Of a DNA stretch of 64,000 nt, positions 1-16,839 are shown piece by piece. Positions within the stretch are counted from its first letter, which is position 1. The number at the start of each line of letters is the position of its first letter. Source of the stretch: Escherichia coli (GTDB taxonomy: Bacteria > Pseudomonadota > Gammaproteobacteria > Enterobacterales > Enterobacteriaceae); the NCBI RefSeq assembly GCF_009931435.1, contig NZ_CP043414.1; one strand, 5' to 3'. Position numbers and translations under genes: made by a program. The notes under the pieces were generated by a model that did not search any database, had not been told where the DNA came from, and was given only the letters and a program-made list of their open reading frames with translations.

Positions 1-228
1 AACATTGCTCGCAGGTACACTGACTTGCGCGTTAATCCCCTCATGCGCCAGATACACTCGCCCAAAAATATTCAGCGCGGTAAACAGCTGATATAAAGCG
101 TCACGGGTCGCTTTCGGATCGGCGATGTGGAAATACTTATAAAACGAAATGGTGGTGCGCGGTTCACGCTCAGCCAACATTTTGGCTTTCAGCGCGTCGT
201 TGGAAATGCGGTTGTGTAACACTGGCAT
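1..228 (-). CDS. trhO: tRNA uridine(34) hydroxylase TrhO/YceA (rhodanese family), N-terminal 76 codons; gene runs off the window start
   Basis: Reverse-strand reading from ATG at 226-228 gives [49 protein letters not shown]..., recognised as YceA N-terminus; divergent from lpxL. Not in ORF track because it is truncated. Confidence 0.85.
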   Translation of the reverse strand, partial: MPVLHNRISNDALKAKMLAEREPRTTISFYKYFHIADPKATRDALYQLFTALNIFGRVYLAHEGINAQVSVPASNV

Positions 229-452
229 GGTGTACGGTTCCTGCGAGATGGGAAAGTAAAAATCCGCGGCATGATATAGCAATTATCGATAATTAACATC
301 CACACATTTTACGCTACATTTGCGCATTAAAAATTATTTATTATTTACAAGCGCGGTAATTTCGCCCAGTCTTCAGCCACAAATTTTGGTTGCGGGCGAA
401 AAAATGCGACAATACATACAATTGCCCGAATAGGTTGAAAAACAGGATTGAT

Positions 453-1373
453 ATGACGAATCTACCCAAGTTCTCCACCGCACTGCTTCATCCGCGTTAT
501 TGGTTAACCTGGTTGGGTATTGGCGTACTTTGGTTAGTCGTGCAATTGCCCTACCCGGTTATCTACCGCCTCGGTTGTGGATTAGGAAAACTGGCGTTAC
601 GTTTTATGAAACGACGCGCAAAAATTGTGCATCGCAACCTGGAACTGTGCTTCCCGGAAATGAGCGAACAAGAACGCCGTGAAATGGTGGTGAAGAATTT
701 CGAATCTGTTGGTATGGGGCTGATGGAAACCGGCATGGCGTGGTTCTGGCCAGACCGCCGGATCGCCCGCTGGACGGAAGTGATCGGCATGGAACACATT
801 CGTGACGTGCAGGCGCAACAACGCGGCATCCTGTTAGTTGGCATCCATTTTCTGACTCTGGAGCTGGGTGCGCGGCAATTTGGTATGCAGGAACCCGGGA
901 TTGGCGTTTACCGCCCGAACGATAACCCACTGATTGACTGGCTACAAACCTGGGGCCGTTTGCGCTCAAATAAATCGATGCTCGACCGCAAAGATTTAAA
1001 AGGCATGATTAAAGCCCTGAAAAAAGGCGAAGTGGTTTGGTACGCACCGGATCATGATTACGGCCCGCGCTCAAGCGTTTTCGTCCCGTTGTTTGCCGTT
1101 GAGCAGGCGGCGACCACCACCGGAACCTGGATGCTGGCGCGGATGTCCGGCGCATGTCTGGTGCCCTTCGTTCCACGCCGTAAGCCAGATGGCAAAGGGT
1201 ATCAGTTGATTATGCTACCGCCAGAGTGTTCTCCGCCGCTGGATGATGCCGAAACCACCGCCGCGTGGATGAACAAAGTGGTCGAAAAATGCATCATGAT
1301 GGCACCAGAGCAGTATATGTGGTTACACCGTCGCTTTAAAACACGTCCGGAAGGCGTTCCTTCACGCTATTAG
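453..1373 (+). CDS. lpxL: Lipid A biosynthesis lauroyl acyltransferase LpxL (HtrB)
   Basis: ORF 390..1373; start moved to internal ATG at 453 ([17 protein letters not shown]...) giving 306 aa; sequence recognised as LpxL. Confidence 0.95.
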   Translation: MTNLPKFSTALLHPRYWLTWLGIGVLWLVVQLPYPVIYRLGCGLGKLALRFMKRRAKIVHRNLELCFPEMSEQERREMVVKNFESVGMGLMETGMAWFWPDRRIARWTEVIGMEHIRDVQAQQRGILLVGIHFLTLELGARQFGMQEPGIGVYRPNDNPLIDWLQTWGRLRSNKSMLDRKDLKGMIKALKKGEVVWYAPDHDYGPRSSVFVPLFAVEQAATTTGTWMLARMSGACLVPFVPRRKPDGKGYQLIMLPPECSPPLDDAETTAAWMNKVVEKCIMMAPEQYMWLHRRFKTRPEGVPSRY

Positions 1374-1380
1374 ATCTCCC

Positions 1381-1411
1381 ATGCCGGATGCTTCAAAATG
1401 GCATCCGGCAT
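1381..1411 (+). terminator. 11-bp perfect inverted repeat just after the lpxL stop (atgccggatgc...gcatccggcat); possible terminator or REP-like hairpin
   Basis: Inverted repeat read directly; no strong T-run follows, so terminator function is uncertain. Confidence 0.35.
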
Positions 1412-1544
1412 TCCCACAGCAAATCCTCCTGATTTAGCGATAAAAGCTCTCTGGATTGCGCCCCCTGGAAGTCGGGCGCATAATTAGTGTGCTTATCTTT
1501 TCTTCTTATGTTCACCGCGCCTGGCGCACCAACAGCGGATTGCT

Positions 1545-2771
1545 ATGTCACCCTGTGAAAATGACACCCCTATAAACTGGAAACGAAACCTGATCGTCGC
1601 CTGGCTAGGCTGTTTTCTTACCGGTGCCGCCTTCAGCCTGGTAATGCCCTTCTTACCCCTCTACGTTGAGCAGCTTGGCGTTACCGGCCACTCCGCCCTG
1701 AATATGTGGTCCGGTATTGTCTTCAGCATTACATTTTTATTTTCGGCCATCGCCTCACCGTTTTGGGGTGGACTCGCCGACCGTAAAGGCCGAAAACTCA
1801 TGCTATTACGCTCTGCCCTCGGCATGGGCATCGTGATGGTGTTGATGGGGCTGGCACAAAATATCTGGCAGTTTTTGATCCTGCGGGCGCTTCTTGGTTT
1901 ACTTGGCGGATTTGTCCCCAACGCTAATGCTCTTATCGCCACACAAGTACCGCGTAATAAAAGCGGCTGGGCGCTGGGTACGCTCTCCACAGGCGGCGTT
2001 AGCGGTGCGTTGCTCGGCCCAATGGCTGGCGGTTTGCTTGCCGATAGCTACGGCTTACGTCCGGTATTCTTTATTACCGCCAGTGTGCTGATACTTTGCT
2101 TTTTCGTCACCCTGTTTTGCATCCGAGAAAAATTCCAGCCAGTCAGCAAAAAAGAGATGCTGCATATGCGGGAAGTGGTGACATCACTTAAAAACCCGAA
2201 ACTGGTACTCAGCCTGTTTGTCACCACGTTAATCATCCAGGTGGCGACGGGTTCAATTGCCCCTATTCTGACGCTGTATGTCCGCGAACTGGCGGGTAAC
2301 GTCAGTAATGTCGCCTTTATCAGCGGCATGATCGCCTCGGTGCCTGGCGTGGCTGCTCTGCTGAGTGCACCACGACTCGGCAAACTTGGCGATCGAATCG
2401 GACCCGAAAAGATCCTGATTACAGCGTTGATCTTTTCTGTACTGCTGTTGATCCCAATGTCTTACGTTCAGACACCGTTACAACTTGGGATCTTACGCTT
2501 TTTGCTCGGTGCTGCCGATGGTGCACTACTCCCCGCCGTACAGACACTGTTGGTTTACAACTCGAGCAACCAAATCGCCGGGCGTATCTTCAGCTATAAC
2601 CAATCGTTTCGTGATATTGGCAACGTTACCGGGCCATTGATGGGAGCGGCGATTTCGGCGAACTACGGTTTCAGAGCGGTATTCCTCGTCACCGCTGGCG
2701 TAGTGTTATTCAACGCCGTCTATTCATGGAACAGTCTGCGCCGTCGTCGGATACCCCAGGTATCAAACTGA
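1545..2771 (+). CDS. mdtG: MFS multidrug efflux transporter MdtG (YceE)
   Basis: 408-aa ORF with ATG at 1545; multi-pass membrane protein with MFS motif [10 protein letters not shown]; recognised as MdtG. Confidence 0.93.
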
Positions 2772-2853
2772 TTTTTCGCCTTTCATACTTGCAATAGCGG
2801 AGAATCAGCTATCCTTTTCCCTGAAACCTCATCAACTCAAAGGGAGAATCGTG

Positions 2854-3228
2854 ATGACCATGTACGCAACGCTTGAAGAAGCCATTGACGCTGCACGCGA
2901 AGAATTTCTTGCAGACAACCCCGGCATCGACGCCGAAGACGCGAATGTGCAACAGTTCAATGCCCAAAAATACGTTTTGCAGGACGGCGACATCATGTGG
3001 CAAGTTGAGTTTTTTGCCGACGAAGGGGAAGAAGGTGAATGTTTACCCATGCTTAGCGGTGAAGCCGCGCAAAGTGTCTTTGACGGCGACTATGATGAGA
3101 TAGAGATCCGCCAGGAGTGGCAGGAAGAGAATACATTACATGAATGGGACGAGGGGGAATTTCAGCTTGAGCCACCGCTGGATACGGAAGAAGGACGGGC
3201 AGCGGCTGATGAGTGGGATGAACGCTAA
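2854..3228 (+). CDS. msyB: Acidic protein MsyB
   Basis: ORF 2851..3228 begins with GTG; ATG at 2854 gives MTMYATLEEAIDAAREEF..., 124 aa, highly acidic (D/E rich); AGGGAGAA RBS upstream. Confidence 0.9.
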   Translation: MTMYATLEEAIDAAREEFLADNPGIDAEDANVQQFNAQKYVLQDGDIMWQVEFFADEGEEGECLPMLSGEAAQSVFDGDYDEIEIRQEWQEENTLHEWDEGEFQLEPPLDTEEGRAAADEWDER

Positions 3229-3456
3229 TTACTCATACGGGCCATGATGAATGTCGATCGGCAGCAGTAAAGTATCAAAAACCAGGGAGAATGGCAGATC
3301 AAGGATCGTGACATAACGCCAGGCGGAGTCACGCACATCCCATTGCACACCAGGATAATATTGGTTGCCATGCCCCTGCCCCGGTATAGTGCGACTAATA
3401 ATACTGCCGCAGCCACTCAACAAGGTCACCATAATACTGACCATGATGAAACGCAT
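3229..3456 (-). CDS. yceK: Lipoprotein YceK
   Basis: 75-aa ORF with lipobox (LLSGC) after signal peptide; convergent with msyB. Confidence 0.85.
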   Translation of the reverse strand: MRFIMVSIMVTLLSGCGSIISRTIPGQGHGNQYYPGVQWDVRDSAWRYVTILDLPFSLVFDTLLLPIDIHHGPYE

Positions 3457-3472
3457 TTGATACCTCTCCCGT

Positions 3473-3506
3473 AAAAAAATACCGGCATAACGCCGGTATT
3501 TTTATT
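3473..3506. terminator. Bidirectional rho-independent terminator hairpin (taccggc-ataac-gccggta) flanked by A-run and T-run
   Basis: 7-bp perfect stem, 5-nt loop, aaaaaaa upstream and tttttatt downstream; lies between opgH 3' end and yceK. Confidence 0.6.
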
Positions 3507-3520
3507 GGCTCGTTGATTTT

Positions 3521-3618
3521 GCCGGATGCAGCGTGACCGCCTTGTCCGACCTACAAAATATTGCAAAATCAATACATCGTAGAACGTTGTAGGCCTGATA
3601 AGCGTAGCGCATCAGGCC
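3521..3618. repeat. REP/BIME element pair (inverted REP copies)
   Basis: gccggatgcagcgtgaccgccttgtccgacctaca and inverted partner tgtaggcctgataagcgtagcgcatcaggcc; matches the canonical E. coli REP palindromic unit. Confidence 0.75.
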
Positions 3619-3626
3619 ACTACGTT

Positions 3627-7809
<4,183 letters not shown>

Positions 7810-8091
7810 TCAGCACGCTGGCTCATGGATTAAGCACCTGATTGCAACCGTTTTCACTTTCCGTGCTTCTCCTAAAGACAGAAGCATCGACTTCGTGTAG
7901 GGTTTGCCAGCAAATTTATTTATCAACCGTCTTACAGACGCTTCCATTCTGGTTAGTGGTAGCGATGATGCTATGCATAAAAACCTTGAAGCCTGCGTCT
8001 GGCGCGGTCAGGTCGGTGTCGCTATGGCAACAAGCCTAAAGGCATAACCCGACAGGGATAAGACGAAAAATCCGAGATTAGTTAACCATAT

Positions 8092-9249
8092 ATGAATCCA
8101 GTACCCGCGCAACGTGAATATTTCCTCGACTCCATCCGCGCCTGGCTGATGTTGTTAGGGATCCCTTTTCATATTTCTTTAATCTATTCGAGCCATACAT
8201 GGCATGTGAATAGCGCCGAACCGTCATTGTGGCTGACCCTTTTTAATGACTTCATCCACTCGTTCCGCATGCAGGTATTTTTCGTTATATCCGGGTACTT
8301 TTCTTACATGCTTTTTTTACGCTATCCCCTGAAAAAATGGTGGAAAGTACGTGTCGAACGTGTAGGGATCCCGATGTTAACAGCCATCCCCCTACTGACA
8401 TTGCCGCAATTTATTATGCTGCAATACGTCAAAGGGAAAGCGGAAAGTTGGCCTGGGCTGTCATTGTATGACAAATATAATACGTTGGCCTGGGAATTAA
8501 TATCACACCTGTGGTTTTTACTGGTGTTAGTGGTCATGACGACGCTGTGCGTATGGATATTTAAACGCATCAGAAATAATTTAGAAAATTCTGATAAAAC
8601 GAATAAAAAATTCTCGATGGTAAAATTATCGGTGATTTTTTTGTGCCTCGGCATCGGTTATGCGGTAATAAGAAGAACGATTTTTATTGTGTATCCACCC
8701 ATTCTGAGTAACGGCATGTTCAATTTTATTGTCATGCAAACGTTATTTTATTTGCCGTTCTTTATCCTCGGCGCACTGGCTTTCATTTTCCCTCATCTTA
8801 AAGCCTTGTTTACCACGCCGTCTCGTGGCTGTACCCTTGCAGCAGCATTGGCGTTTGTCGCTTATTTACTCAACCAGCGCTATGGCAGTGGCGATGCCTG
8901 GATGTACGAAACCGAGTCGGTGATCACCATGGTCCTCGGTCTGTGGATGGTGAATGTGGTCTTCTCCTTCGGCCACCGTTTGCTTAACTTCCAGTCAACG
9001 CGGGTAACTTACTTTGTTAACGCATCGCTATTTATCTATCTGGTTCACCACCCGTTAACGCTGTTTTTCGGCGCGTACATTACACCGCACATCACCTCCA
9101 ACTGGCTTGGTTTTCTCTGTGGCCTGATATTCGTAGTAGGGATTGCGATAATTCTGTATGAAATTCATTTACGCATCCCGTTACTGAAGTTTTTGTTCTC
9201 TGGTAAACCGGTTGTTAAGCGTGAGAACGATAAAGCACCAGCCCGTTAA
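8092..9249 (+). CDS. opgC: OPG succinyltransferase OpgC (MdoC), membrane acyltransferase family
   Basis: 385-aa ORF, ATG at 8092, multi-pass membrane protein; divergent from opgGH; recognised as OpgC. Confidence 0.9.
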   Translation: MNPVPAQREYFLDSIRAWLMLLGIPFHISLIYSSHTWHVNSAEPSLWLTLFNDFIHSFRMQVFFVISGYFSYMLFLRYPLKKWWKVRVERVGIPMLTAIPLLTLPQFIMLQYVKGKAESWPGLSLYDKYNTLAWELISHLWFLLVLVVMTTLCVWIFKRIRNNLENSDKTNKKFSMVKLSVIFLCLGIGYAVIRRTIFIVYPPILSNGMFNFIVMQTLFYLPFFILGALAFIFPHLKALFTTPSRGCTLAAALAFVAYLLNQRYGSGDAWMYETESVITMVLGLWMVNVVFSFGHRLLNFQSTRVTYFVNASLFIYLVHHPLTLFFGAYITPHITSNWLGFLCGLIFVVGIAIILYEIHLRIPLLKFLFSGKPVVKRENDKAPAR

Positions 9250-9256
9250 GCCGCGT

Positions 9257-10687
9257 TTACAATAACCATTCCACAGGCAATATCGACGCCAGTCTGACCA
9301 TAACCCGCTTCCAGAAACTGGTAGCGGGTTCTTTTTTGAGAACAATTTCTTTCTTTGCATGACGATCAACCCAGTTGATCCGCCCCCACCTGTCCAGACG
9401 GAGCTGCCAGGCCGCATCATACTGGCTCTGAATAAAGCGTTTATCAATTAACTGTGCCAGCGTTTCGCTCTCTATCACGAACCCCATTTCAGTATTGAGC
9501 AATGTCGAACGTGGATCGAAATTGAAAGAGCCAATAAACACCGTTTTACCATCGATGCTAAAGGTTTTAGCATGCAGGCTGGCACCGGAATTACCGGTTA
9601 TGCCGCGATCGTGTAACGTACTACTTTGTTCACGCGTCGGCTTGAGTTCATATAACTCCACGCCGTAGCGGAGCAATTTTTTGCGCCAGCGCGCGTATCC
9701 GGCATGGACGACAGCAACATCGTTAGCGGCAAGAGAATTGGTTAGGATCGCAATCTTTACCCCTTTTCTCACCATCCGTAAGAGTTGCGCCACACCTGCG
9801 CGTGTCGGTACAAAATAGGAAGAGATAATATCGATGCGTTCACTGGGTGAGCCCATGATATCGAACAGGCGCTGCGGTAACAGTGAATGCCGTTTTGCCT
9901 TGCCTTCCCCTTTCGCCGGATCATCACTTAATAAACGTGTTTTCGCCCAGATAAGCGGCAACGTTCCATCAACCAGATGATTTATAAACGGGCTGGATTC
10001 CATTTTGCGTAAATAACGATGCGTCATGGCATCGTCATGCCAGGAGGCGGGTAACTCGATGCGATCCGCCATTTCACCTTCCGGGACATCCAGCACCTGC
10101 TGTAAGGGTGAAACCGATTTACAATACCAGTAGCGGGCGAAATCATCGGCAACGTCCTCTACAACTGGTCCTATTGCCATGACATCTAAATCCGAAAAAA
10201 GTGGCTCTTCCCCTGCACCAAAATAGGCATCACCAATATTTCGTCCCCCCACCAGAGTCACCACACCATCGACGGTGAAACTTTTATTGTGCATACGGCG
10301 ATTGAGACGGGAAAAGTCGGTGATATAACCAAGCGGACGTAGCAGTCGAAACGAAAAAGGATTAAAAAGCCGGACTTCAATGCGGGGATGACTGTCAAGC
10401 AAGCGTAAAATGTCGTCAAGTCCGGGTGTATTGTTGTCGTCCAGCAACAAACGGACGCGAACGCCACGCTTTGCTGCGGCTAACAGGGCGGAAAACAGTA
10501 ACCGACCCGACATATCGTCCTGCCAGATGTAATACTGAACATCCAGCGTATGCTCTGCCATTTCGGCCAGACGATACCGGGCGGCAAACGCATCCAGACT
10601 TTTCTCCAGAGGGAAAAGGCCACACTGACCGGGATGTTGCGAACACAGTGGCAGCACCGCGCTCGCCAGCCGGGGCAAATCATTCAT
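9257..10687 (-). CDS. clsC: Cardiolipin synthase C (phospholipase D family) ClsC/YmdC
   Basis: ORF 9257..10747; start placed at ATG giving [17 protein letters not shown]... (putative lipoprotein signal); two PLD-type HxK motifs (HNKSF, HAKTF). Exact start uncertain. Confidence 0.85.
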   Translation of the reverse strand: MNDLPRLASAVLPLCSQHPGQCGLFPLEKSLDAFAARYRLAEMAEHTLDVQYYIWQDDMSGRLLFSALLAAAKRGVRVRLLLDDNNTPGLDDILRLLDSHPRIEVRLFNPFSFRLLRPLGYITDFSRLNRRMHNKSFTVDGVVTLVGGRNIGDAYFGAGEEPLFSDLDVMAIGPVVEDVADDFARYWYCKSVSPLQQVLDVPEGEMADRIELPASWHDDAMTHRYLRKMESSPFINHLVDGTLPLIWAKTRLLSDDPAKGEGKAKRHSLLPQRLFDIMGSPSERIDIISSYFVPTRAGVAQLLRMVRKGVKIAILTNSLAANDVAVVHAGYARWRKKLLRYGVELYELKPTREQSSTLHDRGITGNSGASLHAKTFSIDGKTVFIGSFNFDPRSTLLNTEMGFVIESETLAQLIDKRFIQSQYDAAWQLRLDRWGRINWVDRHAKKEIVLKKEPATSFWKRVMVRLASILPVEWLL

Positions 10688-11213
10688 CTCCTTGTTGGGT
10701 AAGGAGTCTTTCGTAGAGGTGGGCGTTTTCTTCATCATAACAGACAAAGTATACCTGTTCGGGTAAAGCGTGACGGGTAATAAATTCTGAAACGGTTTTT
10801 ACTGCGATTTCAGCCGCTGCCGCACGAGGGTAACCATAAACCCCAGTACTAATTGCAGGAAAAGCCACTGACGTATAGCTGTTTGCCGCCACCAGTCGTA
10901 GGCTATTGAGATAGGCATCCTGCAAAAGCTGGTCTTCGTTTTGTTCACCACCACGCCAGACTGGCCCGACGGTGTGCACTACGGCTTTAGCGGGAAGATC
11001 GCCTGCAAGCGTAATAACGGCATGCCCCGTAGGGCAATCGCCCTGCTGTTGCCTGACTTTTAAACAGGCATCCAGAAGGGCCGGACCCGCTGCGCGATGA
11101 ATGGCTCCATCGACGCCGCCGCCTCCCATTAATGACGGATTAGCCGCATTCACAATCACATCAACGGCCAGTTTGGTAATATCACCCTGCACAACATGAA
11201 TACGCGTTTTCAT
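10680..11213 (-). CDS. ymdB: Macrodomain protein YmdB (O-acetyl-ADP-ribose deacetylase)
   Basis: 177-aa [28 protein letters not shown]...; macro-domain signature; stop overlaps clsC start (ATGAATGA), implying an operon. Confidence 0.92.
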
Positions 11214-11307
11214 AACGCCTCCTTACACCTTCTTGTTTCTTAAGTGTACAGCAGGCTTTTTGGTTAAATCGCATTTTTCTGCTCAGCAAGGTGAGTTGTT
11301 CAGAAAC

Positions 11308-11687
<380 letters not shown>

Positions 11688-11688
11688 C

Positions 11689-12072
<384 letters not shown>

Positions 12073-12130
12073 ATTCTTCTCCCGAAAAAAAACAGGGCTT
12101 GCGCCCTGTTTCTTTAATACAGAGGATGTA

Positions 12131-12586
12131 TTAGTACTGATGAGCGGTCGCGTTGTTACCAAAGCCAACCTGAGTGACGTTAACGCTGGAGTTAGATGCA
12201 GTCTGGTCAACAGCAGCACCGTTACCGCCACCGAACTGTTTAACAGTCATAGTAGAATCTTTACCATTCCACTGATCAAGAGTGGCGCTGTTACCGAAGC
12301 CACGCTGAGTCAGATCGATTGAGCTGTCATCTGAGCCCTGACCAACATCTGCACCGTTACCACCGCCATGCTGGGTAATAGTCAAGTCAGAGTTACGGGC
12401 ATCAGTTTGCAGAGCAAGTGCAGAGTTACCGCCACCGTACTGGTAAATGTTCAGCTCTGAATTTGGGCCGCTATTATTACCGCCACCACCGTGGTTACCG
12501 CCGCCGCCGTACTGAGGAACAACACCTGCCAGAGCGCTACCAGAGAATACGATTGCTGCAATTGCTGCTACTTTTAAAAGTTTCAT
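12131..12586 (-). CDS. csgA: Major curlin subunit CsgA
   Basis: 151-aa ORF with signal peptide and five imperfect S-x5-Q-x-G-x-G-N-x-A-x3-Q amyloid repeats. Confidence 0.97.
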   Translation of the reverse strand: MKLLKVAAIAAIVFSGSALAGVVPQYGGGGNHGGGGNNSGPNSELNIYQYGGGNSALALQTDARNSDLTITQHGGGNGADVGQGSDDSSIDLTQRGFGNSATLDQWNGKDSTMTVKQFGGGNGAAVDQTASNSSVNVTQVGFGNNATAHQY

Positions 12587-12626
12587 GTAAAACCCCCATC
12601 GGATTGATTTAAAAGTCGAATGGAAA

Positions 12627-13082
12627 TTAACGTTGTGTCACGCGAATAGCCATTTGCGACTGTCTCTGCACTACAATTGCCGTTTTTTGAGTACCATACT
12701 GTGTAATATTTGCTTTATTACCAGAACCTTTCTGGATAATCATCGCAGTATTACCATAAGCACCTTGCGAAATACTGGCATCGTTGGCATTGCCCGCCTG
12801 ATCAATATATGCAAGGTTATAATCTCCTGTCTGGTCAATCTTTGCCCGGTTGCTACTACCTTCTTGCGCAACAACCGCCAAAAGTTTTGAGCCTCCCTGC
12901 CGTAACTGAGCACTATTATTAGTCCCAGCTTGACCAATTATGGCTGCCTGATTAAATGAAGACTTACTCAATTCATTTACCGCGAAGTTATATTCTGAAT
13001 TAGCTAAATCATAACCTGCTGCGGCTGCAATCCCAGGCGCACCCAGTATTGTTAACATCATAAATAACAATTTGTTTTTCAT
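12627..13082 (-). CDS. csgB: Minor curlin/nucleator subunit CsgB
   Basis: ORF 12627..13109; start at MKNKLLFMMLTILGAPGIAAA gives 151 aa; curlin repeat architecture. Confidence 0.95.
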   Translation of the reverse strand: MKNKLLFMMLTILGAPGIAAAAGYDLANSEYNFAVNELSKSSFNQAAIIGQAGTNNSAQLRQGGSKLLAVVAQEGSSNRAKIDQTGDYNLAYIDQAGNANDASISQGAYGNTAMIIQKGSGNKANITQYGTQKTAIVVQRQSQMAIRVTQR

Positions 13083-13837
13083 GTTGTCACCCTGGACCTG
13101 GTCGTACATTTAAGAAATTAAATCATTTCAACTTAGTTGTTAACGCAACCTGTATTTTGTTAACGCCGCGTTACGATGGAAAGTATGTCTGCGGAAATAT
13201 TTTTAATAACTCACCCGCGCGTTGTATTTTTCTTTTTTTGTTCATACCAAAGTATTAAAACCCACGTAAATACGCTGTTATCTACGCAAAAAAAATATTT
13301 TGTTTTCTTTTAAATTTCGGTTTTCCGCAATCAAAAATCACCAGACAGTCATTCTTCTTGCCCGTCGCTGATTGCTGCGATATGTCTTGCGCACAAGCCG
13401 TGACAAACCTCGTCTTTTTGCAGTAAAAAATTGTCCACGGAGGTGTGGAGAAAAAACAAGAACGTTTTACATGACGAAAGGACTACACCGAAATATTTTT
13501 TATATGCATTATTAGCAAGTTAGCACCATTTGTATGATTTTTTAAAATTGTGCAAGAAAAACCAAATGTACAACTTTTCTATCATTTCTAAACTTAATAA
13601 AACCTTAAGATTAACATTTTAATATAACAAGTTACATTTAGTTACATGTTTAACACTTGATTTAAGATTTGTAATGGCTAGATTGAAATCAGATGTAATC
13701 CATTAGTTTTATATTTTACCCATTTAGGGCTGATTTATTACTACACACAGCAGTGCAACATCTGTCAGTACTTCTGGTGCTTCTATTTTAGAGGCAGCTG
13801 TCAGGTGTGCGATCAATAAAAAAAGCGGGGTTTCATC
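13083..13837. promoter_or_regulatory. csgBAC / csgDEFG divergent intergenic control region (about 755 bp, AT-rich)
   Basis: Unusually long AT-rich non-coding region between divergent csgB and csgD starts; known from the literature to carry the csgD and csgB promoters and a long csgD 5' UTR. Individual sites not mapped here. Confidence 0.7.
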
Positions 13838-14488
<651 letters not shown>

Positions 14489-14492
14489 AGCC

Positions 14493-14882
14493 ATGAAACG
14501 TTATTTACGCTGGATTGTGGCGGCAGAATTCCTGTTCGCCGCAGGGAATCTTCACGCCGTTGAGGTAGAAGTCCCGGGCTTGTTAACTGACCATACTGTT
14601 TCATCAATTGGCCATGATTTTTACCGAGCCTTTAGTGATAAATGGGAAAGTGACTATACGGGTAACTTAACGATTAATGAAAGGCCCAGTGCACGATGGG
14701 GAAGTTGGATCACAATAACGGTCAATCAGGACGTTATTTTCCAGACTTTTTTATTCCCGTTGAAAAGAGACTTCGAAAAAACTGTCGTCTTTGCACTGAT
14801 TCAAACTGAAGAAGCACTAAATCGTCGCCAGATAAATCAGGCGTTATTGAGTACGGGCGATTTGGCGCATGATGAATTCTAA
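14493..14882 (+). CDS. csgE: Curli secretion specificity factor CsgE
   Basis: 129-aa ORF with signal peptide; position and sequence match CsgE. Confidence 0.93.
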
Positions 14883-14906
14883 ATAAAAAATTGTTCGGAG
14901 GCTGCA

Positions 14907-15323
14907 ATGCGTGTCAAACATGCAGTAGTTCTACTCATGCTTATTTCGCCTTTAAGTTGGGCTGGAACCATGACTTTCCAGTTCCGTAATCCAAACTTTG
15001 GTGGTAACCCAAATAATGGCGCTTTTTTATTAAATAGCGCCCAGGCACAGAACTCGTATAAAGATCCGAGCTATAACGATGACTTTGGTATTGAAACGCC
15101 ATCAGCGTTAGATAACTTTACCCAGGCCATCCAGTCACAAATTTTAGGTGGGCTACTGTCGAATATTAATACCGGTAAACCGGGCCGCATGGTGACCAAC
15201 GATTATATTGTCGATATCGCTAACCGCGATGGTCAATTGCAGTTGAATGTGACGGATCGCAAAACCGGACAAACCTCGACCATCCAGGTTTCGGGTTTAC
15301 AAAATAACTCAACCGATTTTTAA
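14907..15323 (+). CDS. csgF: Curli assembly component CsgF
   Basis: 138-aa ORF with signal peptide ([19 protein letters not shown]); recognised as CsgF. Confidence 0.93.
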
Positions 15324-15349
15324 GCCCCAGCTTCATAAGGAAAATAATC

Positions 15350-16183
15350 ATGCAGCGCTTATTTCTTTTGGTTGCCGTCATGTTACTGAGCGGATGCTTA
15401 ACCGCCCCGCCTAAAGAAGCCGCCAGACCGACATTAATGCCTCGTGCTCAGAGCTACAAAGATTTGACCCATCTGCCAGCGCCGACGGGTAAGATCTTTG
15501 TTTCGGTATACAACATTCAGGACGAAACCGGGCAATTTAAACCCTACCCGGCAAGTAACTTCTCCACTGCTGTTCCGCAAAGCGCCACGGCAATGCTGGT
15601 CACGGCATTGAAAGATTCTCGCTGGTTTATACCGCTGGAGCGCCAGGGCTTACAAAACCTGCTTAACGAGCGCAAGATTATTCGTGCAGCACAAGAAAAC
15701 GGCACGGTTGCCATTAATAACCGAATCCCGCTGCAATCTTTAACGGCGGCAAATATCATGGTTGAAGGTTCGATTATCGGTTATGAAAGCAACGTTAAAT
15801 CGGGCGGTGTTGGGGCAAGATATTTTGGGATCGGTGCCGACACGCAATACCAGCTCGATCAGATTGCCGTGAACCTGCGTGTCGTCAATGTGAGTACCGG
15901 TGAGATCCTCTCCTCGGTGAACACCAGTAAGACGATACTTTCCTATGAAGTTCAGGCGGGGGTCTTCCGCTTTATTGACTACCAGCGCTTGCTGGAAGGG
16001 GAAGTAGGTTACACCTCGAACGAACCCGTTATGCTGTGCCTGATGTCGGCTATCGAAACAGGCGTCATTTTCCTGATTAATGATGGTATCGACCGCGGTC
16101 TTTGGGATTTGCAGAACAAAGCAGAACGGCAGAATGACATTCTGGTGAAATACCGCCATATGTCGGTTCCACCGGAATCCTGA
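15350..16183 (+). CDS. csgG: Curli secretion channel lipoprotein CsgG
   Basis: 277-aa ORF with lipobox (LLSGC); recognised as CsgG. Confidence 0.95.
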   Translation: MQRLFLLVAVMLLSGCLTAPPKEAARPTLMPRAQSYKDLTHLPAPTGKIFVSVYNIQDETGQFKPYPASNFSTAVPQSATAMLVTALKDSRWFIPLERQGLQNLLNERKIIRAAQENGTVAINNRIPLQSLTAANIMVEGSIIGYESNVKSGGVGARYFGIGADTQYQLDQIAVNLRVVNVSTGEILSSVNTSKTILSYEVQAGVFRFIDYQRLLEGEVGYTSNEPVMLCLMSAIETGVIFLINDGIDRGLWDLQNKAERQNDILVKYRHMSVPPES

Positions 16184-16189
16184 TAGATA

Positions 16190-16219
16190 AAAATGCCGGA
16201 ATTATCATCCGGCATTTTA
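16190..16219 (+). terminator. Intrinsic terminator hairpin after csgG (atgccgga...tccggcat + TTTT)
   Basis: 8-bp stem with following T-run directly after the csgG stop; a second hairpin (gcgtgag...ctcacgc + T-run) sits at about 16244-16270. Confidence 0.5.
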
Positions 16220-16246
16220 CTGTTCAAGCGAAAGCGTGAGTGCCCC

Positions 16247-16738
16247 TCACGCTTTATTTTTGATTTGCTGCTCACGGTGAGCCGTCTTTGCACTACGCGC
16301 CGCCAGCCACAAGCCGCTGTTTTTCATTGCGTAACCAAATACCAGTCCAAGCGCCAGCGAAGGTAACACCAGTTTCCAGTCACCCTGCCCGGCAAACGTC
16401 GCGCATGCGCCTATAAACGTCCCCGGAACAAATGAAAGCAGCAGCTGTTTCGCCTGAATACACATCAGAAACGCGACAATACCGGTTATGACATAACCGA
16501 GAATTTCCAGATGTGGTGCCAGTGCACTACCGTAAATAATGACCATCGCCCACACCACGCCACTAAGCAGGGTTGCAGCGGAGATCGCCAGCCCTTTCAG
16601 CCCACCTTGCGGGCAGGCAAAGTAGGCCGTACAGCCCAGGAAGCCCGCCCAGCTTAGTAAGCCCAGGGAAACAGCCACCCATCCCCAGATACCGGAGAGA
16701 ATGCCTGTTGTGATTGCAATAGAGAGAAGTATGTTCAT
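16247..16738 (-). CDS. ycdZ: Inner membrane protein YcdZ (DUF1097)
   Basis: ORF 16247..16786; start at MNILLSIAITTGILSGIWG gives 163 aa, multi-pass membrane protein. Confidence 0.85.
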   Translation of the reverse strand: MNILLSIAITTGILSGIWGWVAVSLGLLSWAGFLGCTAYFACPQGGLKGLAISAATLLSGVVWAMVIIYGSALAPHLEILGYVITGIVAFLMCIQAKQLLLSFVPGTFIGACATFAGQGDWKLVLPSLALGLVFGYAMKNSGLWLAARSAKTAHREQQIKNKA

Positions 16739-16839
16739 GCCGCGCATGATAGCAGAAAACGCGGCCATGAATGAGATCGAGCACACATTTTATGCAACAA
16801 CAAATTATCTGTTGCAGTTATGAGTGATGGAGATCACAT

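Noticed and set aside
7842-8039. 65-aa ORF in the opgG-opgC divergent intergenic region
   Set aside because: No recognisable RBS or protein features; the region is expected to hold divergent promoters.
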